In this document: positions 1 through 10,026 of the stretch, one piece after another
Layout: the number at the start of each line of letters is the position of its first letter
Position numbering within the stretch: position 1 is the stretch's first letter
Assembly (NCBI GenBank): GCA_048885925.1
Contig: JBHLLG010000041.1
Location: forward strand, 1-23,607
Source of the DNA: Candidatus Hermodarchaeota archaeon
Lineage (GTDB): Archaea; Asgardarchaeota; Lokiarchaeia; Sigyniarchaeales; SOKP01
DNA: 23,607 bases
Direction: 5' to 3'
The notes under the pieces: generated by a model
Databases searched by the model: none
Seen by the model: the letters and a program-made list of their open reading frames with translations, nothing else
What the model was told of the DNA's origin: nothing
Translations under genes and position numbers: made by a program

Positions 1-2361
1 TTAACAGGAGAATCAGAGCCTGTAAGAAAAGTTGAAAGAGGAAATGCACTACCAAAAAAAGATATTTCTATAGGAGAACGTACTAACATGGTATTTTATG
101 GAACTTATATTTCAACTGGAAATGGTAAATCAATTGTAGTAAAGATTGGCGGAGATACCGAAATTGGTAAAATATCTCATGGATTAGAAGAAGCTGGAAC
201 AAGCGAAATACCAATACGTGAAAAGATGAATAATTTTGGAAAATGGTTAGGATTAATTATATTTATTTTCTGGTTCATCACGCTATTAATACTCTGGGCA
301 GCAACGGGAGAAGCAAATATTGTGAAAAGTATGAATTCTGCACTTGATCTCATGCCATTGAACATTCCTCTGCTCACAACTATCGTTTTGATAACAGGGG
401 TTTTAGCTATGGCCCATTATGGGGTAATTATTAGAAATCTTGCATCTGTAGATAGTTTGGGACGTGTAAGCGTAGTCTGTTCAGATAAAACAGGAACTTT
501 AACCAAAAATCAAATGTCAATTCAGCATGTCTGGACAAATGGTTCTATTTTTAGAGTTACTGGTAGTGGTTATAATCCTGATGGAGAAATCATTCTACTG
601 AATGATCCAAAAAACCCAATTTATGTAAAACATATTGATGAATATCCTTATTTAAAGTTATTATTGACTGCAGGATTTTTAAATAACAATTCTGCATTAA
701 TTAAAAATGAAATTGAGATTTCTGGGAGAACAATTCCTAATTGGAATGTAATTGGTTCTCCTACGGAAGGTGCATTAATGGTTTTATTTCAAAAAGGAAT
801 GGGAGATTACCTTCTTGATGATTATGAATCTATAACCGAATATCCTTTTGATTCCTCCTTAAAAAGGATGACCAAACTTTATAAACGAGATAGTGCTTAT
901 TATTCTTTTACTAAAGGTGCGAGTGAGATTTTAATTCCTCATTGTACAAAAATCTTATATAATGATACTGAAATTGAATTTAGTGAAGAAATTAAAAGTA
1001 AAGTAATGGAAATTGTAAATCTTTATGCAAATCAAGGTTACCGTATATTAAGTTTGTGTTATAGAGTGATGGATTTAATTCCACCTGAAGGAGAAAAAGG
1101 AAGAGAAGTAAGCGAATCTGATATGATATATATTGGTTTTGTCACTATTTTAGATCCTCCCCGAGAAGGTGTAAAAAATTCTGTAATGCAATGTCATGAA
1201 GCAGGAGTTGATGTTGTTATGATCACAGGTGATTCTCCTGCTACTGCAAAAGCGATAGCATCACAAATTGGGATTGTAACTCGTGAAGATGAAACTGTTA
1301 TTGAAGGAAAAAAAGTGAAAGAAATCGACTCATATGAAAAATTCAATCCAATTAAGGTGTTTGCTAGAGTCTCTCCAGAACATAAGGAAGACATTGTAGA
1401 AAAATATCAAGAACAAAATAAAGTAGTAGCGATGACCGGTGATGGTGTTAATGATGCTTTAGCTTTAAACATGGCAGACGTAGGAATCGCAATGGGCATC
1501 ACTGGTACAGATGTAGCTAAAGAAGCTTCTGATATGGTTATATCTGATGATTCATTTAACTCAATAGTAACTGGTATAGAACATGGGAGAGGAATTTTTG
1601 CTAGAATTCGAGCTTTGGTTTTCTTTTACATAGTTATTAATATTTTTGAAGGTATAGTTCAATTTATTTTAGCGGTAATTCTTTCTTTACCTTTTTGGGT
1701 CGATCCGGCCTCACCATTTTATTATCAGTGGATTTTTCTAACGATAACTCTCCATACATTTCCAGGTTTAATTCTTGCCTTTGATACTACCTCAAAGGAA
1801 GTTATGAAAGAAAAACCACGTGATTCAGAAGAAATACTTTCGAAAAATATATTTATTCTGTTATTTATATTTGGAATTTTGATGGCTATAAGCATGGTAA
1901 TAGTATATTATATTACATACAGTGGAATTTATGAAGTTGTTAATGCTAACATAGATTTTGGTCCATTTAATGATGCATATCTTTATGGAGGATCAGATCT
2001 TATAACAGATCTCCCGGTATTGAGAGAAGCAAAAACATTAACAATGCTTATGTTAACTTTATTTTTCTGTGAATCTTTTTTGGTATTTCAAATTAGACGC
2101 CCCAATAAATCTTTAGTAAAAAGCTTAATTGAAGATCGAAATAAGTTCATGTTTATTCTAATTAGCTTCTTATTCTTTGTGTTTATCGCCTTAATCTATA
2201 TCCCTGGTATTCAAGTTTTCTTAGCTGATTCTGGAATTAATTTTATGTTTATGTATCTAACAGGTTTGGATTGGCTAGTGTGTTTCTTAATTTCGTTGAT
2301 TTGCATTGTTTCATTTGAAATTGTGAAGTTTTTAGCTCGAAGAAAGAATATTACTTTTTAA
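1..2361 (+). CDS. P-type ATPase, type II-like, 5'-truncated by the window edge; substrate uncertain
   Basis: Frame is open from base 1 (LTGESEPV, the actuator TGES motif), so the true start lies upstream. Motifs: DKTGTLT phosphorylation site, KGASE, DPPR, MITGD, TGDGVND, plus C-terminal TM helices. Confidence 0.93.
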   Translation, partial: LTGESEPVRKVERGNALPKKDISIGERTNMVFYGTYISTGNGKSIVVKIGGDTEIGKISHGLEEAGTSEIPIREKMNNFGKWLGLIIFIFWFITLLILWAATGEANIVKSMNSALDLMPLNIPLLTTIVLITGVLAMAHYGVIIRNLASVDSLGRVSVVCSDKTGTLTKNQMSIQHVWTNGSIFRVTGSGYNPDGEIILLNDPKNPIYVKHIDEYPYLKLLLTAGFLNNNSALIKNEIEISGRTIPNWNVIGSPTEGALMVLFQKGMGDYLLDDYESITEYPFDSSLKRMTKLYKRDSAYYSFTKGASEILIPHCTKILYNDTEIEFSEEIKSKVMEIVNLYANQGYRILSLCYRVMDLIPPEGEKGREVSESDMIYIGFVTILDPPREGVKNSVMQCHEAGVDVVMITGDSPATAKAIASQIGIVTREDETVIEGKKVKEIDSYEKFNPIKVFARVSPEHKEDIVEKYQEQNKVVAMTGDGVNDALALNMADVGIAMGITGTDVAKEASDMVISDDSFNSIVTGIEHGRGIFARIRALVFFYIVINIFEGIVQFILAVILSLPFWVDPASPFYYQWIFLTITLHTFPGLILAFDTTSKEVMKEKPRDSEEILSKNIFILLFIFGILMAISMVIVYYITYSGIYEVVNANIDFGPFNDAYLYGGSDLITDLPVLREAKTLTMLMLTLFFCESFLVFQIRRPNKSLVKSLIEDRNKFMFILISFLFFVFIALIYIPGIQVFLADSGINFMFMYLTGLDWLVCFLISLICIVSFEIVKFLARRKNITF

Positions 2362-2438
2362 TTAAACACTGCTCTCCTTTTTTTATTAATTTTGTTTGAT
2401 CGATTAATTATTTATTTAGACATTGATTCCTTTCTTTT

Positions 2439-2996
2439 ATGTTAATTGGAAAGAGAATTAAATTATCTCCTATTAAAAGAGAGTATATAGAATCTTTTCT
2501 CAAATGGTTTAATGACCCAGAAATTACTCAATATTTAATAATGTATCGTCCTCTAACCAGAATGGAAGAAGAAGATTGGATCGAGAATTTGAAAAACCGT
2601 GAAGATACTATAGCTTTTTCTATTATCATTTCTGATGAAGATATTTTAGAAAAGTTAATTGGAGGTTGCGATTTACACAATATAAACTGGAAAAATAGAG
2701 TTGCGGAACTAGGAATCGTTATTGGAGAAAAAGAATTTCAAAATGAAGGACTTGGAACTGAAGCAATAGAATTATTATTAGAATATGGATTTAATACTGT
2801 GAATTTAAACAGAATCGAAATCGTCGTTTATGATTATAATGCAAGGGCCATAAAATCTTACACTAAAGTTGGTTTCATAGAAGAAGGTACGAAACGACAA
2901 TTTATGTGGCATAATGGTAGTTATCATGATGCGATAATAATGGGGATTTTAGCAGAGGAATGGAGAGAAAAAAAAGAAGTAAGGACTTATAGTTAG
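2439..2996 (+). CDS. GNAT family N-acetyltransferase, RimJ/RimL-like
   Basis: AELGIVIGEKEFQNEGLGTEA acetyl-CoA-binding motif and N-x-RA-x3-Y-x-K-x-GF-x2-EG signature. Confidence 0.9.
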   Translation: MLIGKRIKLSPIKREYIESFLKWFNDPEITQYLIMYRPLTRMEEEDWIENLKNREDTIAFSIIISDEDILEKLIGGCDLHNINWKNRVAELGIVIGEKEFQNEGLGTEAIELLLEYGFNTVNLNRIEIVVYDYNARAIKSYTKVGFIEEGTKRQFMWHNGSYHDAIIMGILAEEWREKKEVRTYS

Positions 2997-3103
2997 AATT
3001 TTAATAAAAGTTTTAATATTACTTTTTAGAAAAAATTACTTTTTAAAATATTTAATATTTCAAATCATTATATAAAAATAATTAAAAATAATAGTGGAAT
3101 AAA

Positions 3104-4417
3104 TTGACTAAATCAATAGTATCTATTGTTAAGTATGAAGAACCTCTGAAATCTGTACGTAAAGCAGTTGACTTAGCAAATGGATTTAATCAATTATCAT
3201 CTAAAGCAAAAGTCTTTATCAAACCTAATATCGTTTATTGGAATCGACATTGTGATTTTCCAAAATGGGGTGTAATTACTACTTCTCGCGTTATAGAAGA
3301 TATAATAATTTTACTCAAAGAACGAGGAATTGATGACATAACAGTCGGAGAAGGGATTGTATCTGAGGATGATGAAACAGCAGAGCATGCTTTTGAAAAA
3401 TTGGGATATAATAAATTAAAAGATCAATATGGCATCAATGTATTTGATACATTTAAAAGACCTTTTGAAAAAGTGGAATTAGTAGAAGGTTTATCCGTTA
3501 AAATGAATTCTGATATGCTTCACTCAGATTTTTTAGTTGACATTCCTGTTCTTAAAACTCATGCTCAATGTGTTGTTAGTTTCGGAATCAAAAACTTAAA
3601 AGGATTGATCAATATAGCTTCACGAAAAAAATTACATAGTGCTGATCCTATAAAAAATCTTCATTATAATGTTGCTCAACTAGCAAATAAAATCCCACCT
3701 TGTTTAAATATTATCGATGGGATCTATAGCATTGAGCGTGGTCCTGCTTTTGATGGTAAAGCTCATCGGAGTAACATTTTAGTAGCTTCTAATGACATTT
3801 TTGCTGCAGATGTTGTAGGTACTATGCTTTTTGATATTGATCCTTCAGCAGTACCCCACCTTGTGCAAGCGGCAAAAGATAGAAATCGTCCATTAGATTT
3901 ATCTGATATAGATATAAAAGGTGAAAAAGTAGAAGATCTTGCTTCACCTCATGAATGGGATTACATTTATGCAGATAATAATACCTTACCTCTTCCATAT
4001 CAAAAAGCTGGGATCTCTGGCATTAAATATCACAAATATGACGAAACTATGTGTACATATTGCTCGGGTTTAAATGGAATTCTATTATCAGGTATAAAAA
4101 TGGCTTGGAAGGGTGAACCATTTGATAATATCGAAGTTTTAACAGGAAAAGTTATGAAACCTACTCCTGGTATGAATAAAACTATTTTAGTCGGACAATG
4201 TATCTATAATGCCAATAAAGATGATCCAAATATAAATGAGTTGATTGCTGTTCAAGGATGTCCTCCTTCTGTAGAAGAATTACAAAAAGCGTTGAAACAT
4301 GCAGGAATTAAAGTACCTTCATACATTTTTAAAAATTTAGATAAAGCACCGATGCTTTTTATGGGAAGATATCAAAATAACCCCGAATTTGAGGAATCTT
4401 TTTATCAGATCAACTAA
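3104..4417 (+). CDS. DUF362 domain protein with C-terminal Cys-rich (Fe-S) domain
   Basis: IKPN, PVLKTH, GIKNLKG and IIDG motifs of DUF362; C-terminal CTYC...GQC...GCPP; TTG start. Confidence 0.82.
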   Translation: MTKSIVSIVKYEEPLKSVRKAVDLANGFNQLSSKAKVFIKPNIVYWNRHCDFPKWGVITTSRVIEDIIILLKERGIDDITVGEGIVSEDDETAEHAFEKLGYNKLKDQYGINVFDTFKRPFEKVELVEGLSVKMNSDMLHSDFLVDIPVLKTHAQCVVSFGIKNLKGLINIASRKKLHSADPIKNLHYNVAQLANKIPPCLNIIDGIYSIERGPAFDGKAHRSNILVASNDIFAADVVGTMLFDIDPSAVPHLVQAAKDRNRPLDLSDIDIKGEKVEDLASPHEWDYIYADNNTLPLPYQKAGISGIKYHKYDETMCTYCSGLNGILLSGIKMAWKGEPFDNIEVLTGKVMKPTPGMNKTILVGQCIYNANKDDPNINELIAVQGCPPSVEELQKALKHAGIKVPSYIFKNLDKAPMLFMGRYQNNPEFEESFYQIN

Positions 4418-4455
4418 TTCTTATTATAACTTTTTTTAAAATTAGGTGATATTTA

Positions 4456-5580
4456 ATGGATATTTCAGAATTAAAGATTGGAACTGAAAGTAGCATTTTC
4501 GGACCAGTTGATGAAGGAATTACCCGATTCACAAGATTAGAAGAGATTGGTTATGATTCTGTATGGATGGCAGATCATTTAATGGGTTGGACTCCAGAAT
4601 CGATTTGGACTCCCGATCTTATTAAAGCAGCAGCATTTCAGGAAGATCCTCATATTTTTCATGAGGTTTATTCAATAATGGCAGTAGTTGCTTGGAATAC
4701 CAACAAAATCTTATTAGGGACTAGTGTAACTGAAACTTTTAGAAGACATCCCGCAGTTTTAGCTCAAACCTTAATTACTCAAGATAATATATCTAAAGGT
4801 CGAGCTATTTTAGGAATAGGTGCGGGTGAAGGAGAGAATGTTATTCCTTATGGGATAAAATGGGAAAAACCTGTTAGCAGATTAGAAGAATCTATCAAAA
4901 TAATAAGACTTTTATGGGAAAGTGATAAAAAAATTGATTATAATGGGGAATTCTGGAAACTGAAAGATGCTGTTCTTACAATCAAACCTTTCAAGAGGGG
5001 TAGGTATCCTCCTATTTGGATAGCTGCACATGGTCCTAAAATGTTAGATTTGACAGGTAGACTTGGTGATGGCTGGTTACCCGCATATTCAGATCCTAAA
5101 GCATATAAATACCGTTTAAATCATATTCAGAATGCTGCTAAAAAAGCTGGACGAGATCCTGATGAAATTACACCTGGATTTTGGTCATATTTAGTCATTG
5201 ATGAGGATCATAATAAGTGTGATGAATTAATTGGAAGTCCTTATCTTAAAAATATGTTGTTAACAATGCCAAACTCAGTTTATAAAGAGTATGGAATGGA
5301 TCACCCATTGGGGAAAGATTTTTACGGATTACTTGATTATATCCCAACTCGATATGAACGAACGACAATTTTAGAAGCACTTAATAAAATTCCTCATAAA
5401 ATGTGTGATGATCATGTATTACATGGAACACCTGATGAAGTAATAGGAAAAATTGAAGAATATGCTAAGGTTGGAATGAAACATATTGTTCTTGCTAATA
5501 TGACTTTTCTAAACGATTTATCAAGAACTAAAAGTTCATTCCATCATATGCAAAAAGTACTGGATTATTTTAAAAGCTAA
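4456..5580 (+). CDS. LLM-class (luciferase-like) flavin/F420-dependent oxidoreductase
   Basis: GYDSVWMADH, RRHPAVLAQ, GRAILGIGAG, PPIWIAAHGPKML and GDGWLP motifs; GGTGA RBS upstream. Confidence 0.9.
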   Translation: MDISELKIGTESSIFGPVDEGITRFTRLEEIGYDSVWMADHLMGWTPESIWTPDLIKAAAFQEDPHIFHEVYSIMAVVAWNTNKILLGTSVTETFRRHPAVLAQTLITQDNISKGRAILGIGAGEGENVIPYGIKWEKPVSRLEESIKIIRLLWESDKKIDYNGEFWKLKDAVLTIKPFKRGRYPPIWIAAHGPKMLDLTGRLGDGWLPAYSDPKAYKYRLNHIQNAAKKAGRDPDEITPGFWSYLVIDEDHNKCDELIGSPYLKNMLLTMPNSVYKEYGMDHPLGKDFYGLLDYIPTRYERTTILEALNKIPHKMCDDHVLHGTPDEVIGKIEEYAKVGMKHIVLANMTFLNDLSRTKSSFHHMQKVLDYFKS

Positions 5581-5597
5581 ATTTACTTAATTTTTTT

Positions 5598-6368
5598 TTA
5601 TTTGAATCCCTGACAAAAAGAATCTACATTTTTTGGCAGAACCTCGTGATTATAACCTCCTTCTAATAAAGCATATCGCCGCCCTTTACATAAGCTCTCC
5701 GAATATTCCTTCATTAACCTTCCCAATTCTGTATAATCTTCTGGATATAATTTATGCCCCCAATCCTCAATGCCCTCATCAAATCCAGCTGAGGCAACAA
5801 AAATATCAATATCTTTTAAATCTTCCATATGTGATTCGACTTCTTTAATATACCCAGTTCTTCCGCTTGAATAAGGATTGAGAATTTTCACACTGAAATC
5901 ATCATCTCTATTTGTTAAGATATTTATGTTTCCATCGCCAGTATGAAGATCAAAATCTAAAACAAATGCAGATTTAATTTTTTTCTCTGAATAAATTTTA
6001 AGTAAACTAATACTTATATTATTAAAATAACAAAAACCCCAACAAGAATCCGCAGATGCATGATGCCCTGGGGGCCTAATGACTGCAAACGTTGGATTAC
6101 CATTGAATCCTTCTTCTGCGGCTAAGATTGCACCTCCTGCAGCTAATGATGCTAATTCGTATAATAACTTATCCCTTTTTATGTTTTGAAGATGTCTATG
6201 AGTATGGGCTCTTAAAATATCTTCTTCAGTTGCAGGCTCAGGAGTAATTATTTCATATTCATCATTTTTAGAAACTAAATTCATTATCCCTTCTAAACGT
6301 CCTGCAGATGCAGCAGGATCCCAAGCATATTCAGAATTATAATACTTTTCATGAAAAACAATCTTCAT
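5598..6368 (-). CDS. Zn-dependent histone deacetylase superfamily protein (compact form)
   Basis: RPPGHHA, GFCYFNN, DFDLHTGDG, SAGFD and LEGGY motifs. Confidence 0.92.
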   Translation of the reverse strand: MKIVFHEKYYNSEYAWDPAASAGRLEGIMNLVSKNDEYEIITPEPATEEDILRAHTHRHLQNIKRDKLLYELASLAAGGAILAAEEGFNGNPTFAVIRPPGHHASADSCWGFCYFNNISISLLKIYSEKKIKSAFVLDFDLHTGDGNINILTNRDDDFSVKILNPYSSGRTGYIKEVESHMEDLKDIDIFVASAGFDEGIEDWGHKLYPEDYTELGRLMKEYSESLCKGRRYALLEGGYNHEVLPKNVDSFCQGFK

Positions 6369-6468
6369 AATTTTTTCAATCCTATTTTATTACATTTAAA
6401 AATTTATATGATGAATATTATTTTAATCATTTTATTAGATTTATGGACTTATTTTATATTTTAAAAAA

Positions 6469-6747
6469 ATGCCTAATAATGATTTTGATATATATCGTAA
6501 TTTACAACTACACTTAGATCAATTTCCTATAGGATTTCCAGCAACAACTACCGGTATAGAATTAAAAGCATTAAAACATCTTTTTACAGAAAAAGAAGCG
6601 ATTATTGCGACAAAAATGAGTTGGTTATATGATCCTGAGCAACCTATTCAACTCAAAAAAAGAGAAGAAGAGATAATTCCTCCACAAGAGACTGAAGATC
6701 TCTATAACAAAATTATGGATAAAAAACAGCAATTAAGAAAAAAATAA
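6469..6747 (+). pseudogene. Probable internally deleted remnant of a 4Fe-4S-binding protein gene
   Basis: N-terminus (YRNLQLHLDQFPIGFPATTTGIELKALKHLFTEKEA) and C-terminus (PEQPIQLKKREEEIIPPQETEDLY) resemble, from recall, the two ends of a longer 4Fe-4S dicluster protein family. The 92-aa ORF has no cysteines. Confidence 0.55.
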
Positions 6748-6771
6748 ATAAAAACAAATTTGAAACTTTAA

Positions 6772-7716
6772 TTAAAGCCTTTTACTTAATTTATCGATCA
6801 TATCTTTTGTCATAGAAATAAGATCATAACTAGGATTCCAATCCCATTCTTCACGAGCTAAAGAATCATCAATTGTTTTTGGCCATGAATCTGCAATTTC
6901 TTGCCTAAAATCAGGTTTATAATCAATAGTGAATTCTTGAATATGCTTTTTTATTTCAGCAGCAAGTTCACCAGCGGAAAAACTAAATCCTGTTATGTTA
7001 TATACATGGCGTTTTAATTTAGATGCATCTGCTTCAAGAAGGTCGATCATACATTTATTACAATCAGGCATATACATCATAGGCAATACGGTATCTTCTT
7101 TTAAAAAGCAAGTATAACGCTTGTGTTTTATTGCCTCATAAAATATTTCTACAGCATAATCTGTGGTTCCACCACCAGGTAATGTCTCACTACTAATTAT
7201 CCCAGGAAGTCTCATTGAACGAGTATCAAGACCATATTTTTTAAAGTAGTATTCAATCAATAATTCACCGCTTACTTTTGTGATACCATACATAGTTGTT
7301 GGTTCTAAAATTGTTGTATTTGGTGTATTTTCTCTAGGAGTTGTTGGTCCAAAAGCAGCAATAGAACTGGGCCAAATTATTCTATCTATATTATAACTTC
7401 TTCCCGCCTCTAAAACATTGATCAAGCCATTTATATTAATATCCCAAGCTACTTGTGGCATTTTTTCTCCTGTAGCTGATAAAATTGAAGCCATATGAAA
7501 AATTGTATTGATATCGTATTCATACAATGCTTTTGAAAGTAATTCTTTATTTATAGCATCTAAATATATAACTGGACCATTTTCTGTTATATTCTTTGGA
7601 AGGGGAGTTTTTCTTCCAGTTGCTATAACATTATCATTTCCATATTTTTCTCTTAAAGCAGGAACAAGTTCACTTCCAATCTGCCCCGCTGCCCCTATAA
7701 CAAGAATTCTTCTCAT
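6772..7716 (-). CDS. tdh: L-threonine 3-dehydrogenase, SDR/epimerase type
   Basis: GAAGQIG Rossmann motif, HMASILSATGE, PSSIAAFG, YGITK catalytic motif, PGGGTTDYA, RQEIADSWP; kbl is nearby. ATG at 7716 is preferred over TTG at 7725. Confidence 0.88.
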   Translation of the reverse strand: MRRILVIGAAGQIGSELVPALREKYGNDNVIATGRKTPLPKNITENGPVIYLDAINKELLSKALYEYDINTIFHMASILSATGEKMPQVAWDININGLINVLEAGRSYNIDRIIWPSSIAAFGPTTPRENTPNTTILEPTTMYGITKVSGELLIEYYFKKYGLDTRSMRLPGIISSETLPGGGTTDYAVEIFYEAIKHKRYTCFLKEDTVLPMMYMPDCNKCMIDLLEADASKLKRHVYNITGFSFSAGELAAEIKKHIQEFTIDYKPDFRQEIADSWPKTIDDSLAREEWDWNPSYDLISMTKDMIDKLSKRL

Positions 7717-8072
7717 TTTAATCAAATATTAAGTTGTTGAATTAGATGTATAATTCATAATTTACTCAATTAAAAAAGGTTTATCCATAAAACATCCCTT
7801 TTTTACTAATTGAATTGATATAGAAAAAACCGAACTACTTTTTAAAATACTTTTAGTTTATAATTTTGATCATTTGTTTTAAAAAAATTAACAAGTGAAA
7901 TGAAAAGCGACTATTCTCTATTAACAAAAGAAGTATATAGAATATTGGATCTTTTTATAGATTCTTTAATTGTGTAATGCAACTTTATTGAGAGATACAT
8001 CTAGAGGTTTTTATATTATATTAGTCTCTATTTAATTACAATCCAATTTTATAATAAAAGAAGGTTTTAATT

Positions 8073-8579
8073 ATGGGAAAAGGTAGTAGTATTATTGCAG
8101 TAATTGCTCTAATCATTGGTCTTGGCGCAGTAAGTTTTATTATATATGACAATTTTATTGCCAGTTCTCCTGTATCACCAGCAGAAAATCAGTGGTATGA
8201 TTCCTCTACAACTGTGTTATACATGCCAGCAAGTGAAGCCTGGGGAACTATTTCTAGCATATCTATAGACTTTAACGTTAGTTCAGGACAAAATGTTTAT
8301 TTTTCATTTATGACTGAAATAAATTTTGATGATAGCTCTGCTCCCGATAGTTATGTCGAAATTCATTTTGAAGTAGATGGCTTTATGTGGTCTCAACCTC
8401 GACTTTATGTAAGAAGATATAATATTGCTTCTGCTCATGGCTTACGCATGTCTGCATCATTACAGCATTATAACACAACGATGACTTCAGGAATTCATAC
8501 TGTTACTATGATATATAAGGGAAATAGTACTGCTGATTCAGTTAGACCTTGTTCTTTATTTGTTCAAACTTTTAATTAA
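8073..8579 (+). CDS. Hypothetical protein with N-terminal membrane anchor/signal and predicted beta-rich extracellular domain
   Basis: Hydrophobic IIAVIALIIGLGAVSFII followed by Ser/Thr-rich alternating beta-like segments; AAGGT upstream; T-tract after the stop. Confidence 0.75.
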   Translation: MGKGSSIIAVIALIIGLGAVSFIIYDNFIASSPVSPAENQWYDSSTTVLYMPASEAWGTISSISIDFNVSSGQNVYFSFMTEINFDDSSAPDSYVEIHFEVDGFMWSQPRLYVRRYNIASAHGLRMSASLQHYNTTMTSGIHTVTMIYKGNSTADSVRPCSLFVQTFN

Positions 8580-8589
8580 TTTTTTTTTT
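8580..8589 (+). terminator. Oligo-T archaeal terminator candidate
   Basis: Run of about 10 T immediately after the stop of 8073..8579. Confidence 0.4.
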
Positions 8590-8810
8590 ATATCCTCTCA
8601 AATTCAGGATTTAAATTAGCACTAGTTATTATGCGCCCGATTATTCAAATAAATTTAATATAATTCATAATATAATCAAATAAAAAGGATTATTCCATAT
8701 CTTCTCATTTTCAGCACATAATTTCATTATGGGAAAAACTAATATACTTTTCTATATACCTTTAAAATAATTTTCTCAAAAAAAAAATCAGAGTTGGAAA
8801 GGTGTAAAAT

Positions 8811-9998
8811 TTGAAACGAGATCCTGTTGGTTTTTTGAAACAAGAAATGACTGAATTGCGGGACAACAATCTAGAATGGATTATACGATACCTTGAAGAA
8901 GGTTCGAAACCACACAGCACAGTAGATGGTAAAAAAGTCTTAATGTTGAACACTAATAACTATTTAGGACTTGCAACACATCCAAAAGTAATTCAAGCAT
9001 CTATAGATGCCACCAAAAAATATGGGGCTGGTGCTGGAGCTGTGCCCGTTATCGCAGGTTCTTTTGATTTAACAAAGCAATTCGAGAAAAAATTTGCTGA
9101 ATTTAAAGAAGTTGAGGCCTCGATTCTTTGCCAAACTGGGTTTGCAGTTAATTCGGGACTAATTCCTATGCTTGTTGGAAAACTTGATATTGTAGTCTCA
9201 GATGAGTTAAACCACGGTTCTATTATTGATGGTGTAAGATTATCTGGTGCTAAGCGAATTATATATAAACATTGCGATGTTGGTGACATGGAAAAGCAAT
9301 TAAAGGAAGCTGAAAAAGAAGGAGCAAGAAGGATTTGTATAATAACTGATGGAGTTTTCAGTATGGATGGTGATATAGCGCCATTAGATAAGATCGCTGA
9401 AGTTGCTGAAGATTTTGGAGCAATGATTTTTGTTGATGATTGTCATGGAGAAGGTGTTTTAGGTAATGGCCGAGGAATTGTTGCCCACTTTAATCTACAG
9501 GGAAAAGTTCATGTAGAGGGTGGATCTATGAGTAAAGGATTTGGTGTTTTTGGAGGTACTGTAGCTGGGTCAAAAGATTTAATTGAATTTTGTGCGAATA
9601 AGAGTAGAACTTATTTACTTAGTACCGCCCATCCTCCAGGTATAGTAGCGGCTAATACTGCATCTATTGAAGTTGTTGAAAGTGAACCAGAGCATGTAAA
9701 AAAAGTCTGGGAACATACAAATTACTTTAAAAAAGAAGTTCAGAATATGGGGTACAATACTGGAAATTCTCAAACACCTATTATTCCTTTAATTATAGGA
9801 GATCCTGGTAAAGCTCAAGAGTTAGCTAGGATTCTTTTTGAAGAAGAAAATATCTATGGGACCCCAATTGTATTTCCAATGGTAGCTAGAGAATTATCTC
9901 GAATTAGAGTACAGATGAATGCCTTGCTTACAAAAGAAGATTTAAACATGGCACTTACTTCAATTGAAAAAGTAGGAAAAAAATTAGATATTATATAA
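8811..9998 (+). CDS. kbl: Glycine C-acetyltransferase (2-amino-3-ketobutyrate CoA ligase), PLP-dependent AONS/KBL family
   Basis: NNYLGLA, SDELNHGSIIDG, ITDGVFSMDGD, DDCHG, SMSKGFG (PLP lysine) and RIRVQ motifs; TTG start with AGGTG RBS. Proximity to tdh favours kbl over bioF. Confidence 0.82.
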   Translation: MKRDPVGFLKQEMTELRDNNLEWIIRYLEEGSKPHSTVDGKKVLMLNTNNYLGLATHPKVIQASIDATKKYGAGAGAVPVIAGSFDLTKQFEKKFAEFKEVEASILCQTGFAVNSGLIPMLVGKLDIVVSDELNHGSIIDGVRLSGAKRIIYKHCDVGDMEKQLKEAEKEGARRICIITDGVFSMDGDIAPLDKIAEVAEDFGAMIFVDDCHGEGVLGNGRGIVAHFNLQGKVHVEGGSMSKGFGVFGGTVAGSKDLIEFCANKSRTYLLSTAHPPGIVAANTASIEVVESEPEHVKKVWEHTNYFKKEVQNMGYNTGNSQTPIIPLIIGDPGKAQELARILFEEENIYGTPIVFPMVARELSRIRVQMNALLTKEDLNMALTSIEKVGKKLDII

Positions 9999-10026
9999 AT
10001 TTTCTTTTAATTTTTTTATTTATTTC

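Noticed and set aside
177-1394. Minus-strand ORFs 177..377 and 1194..1394
   Set aside because: Antisense shadows of the P-type ATPase with no recognisable motifs.
7726-8072. Long AT-rich intergenic region with weak inverted repeats as an ncRNA or MITE
   Set aside because: The repeats are short A/T tracts expected by chance at this composition; the region is adequately explained as divergent promoters.
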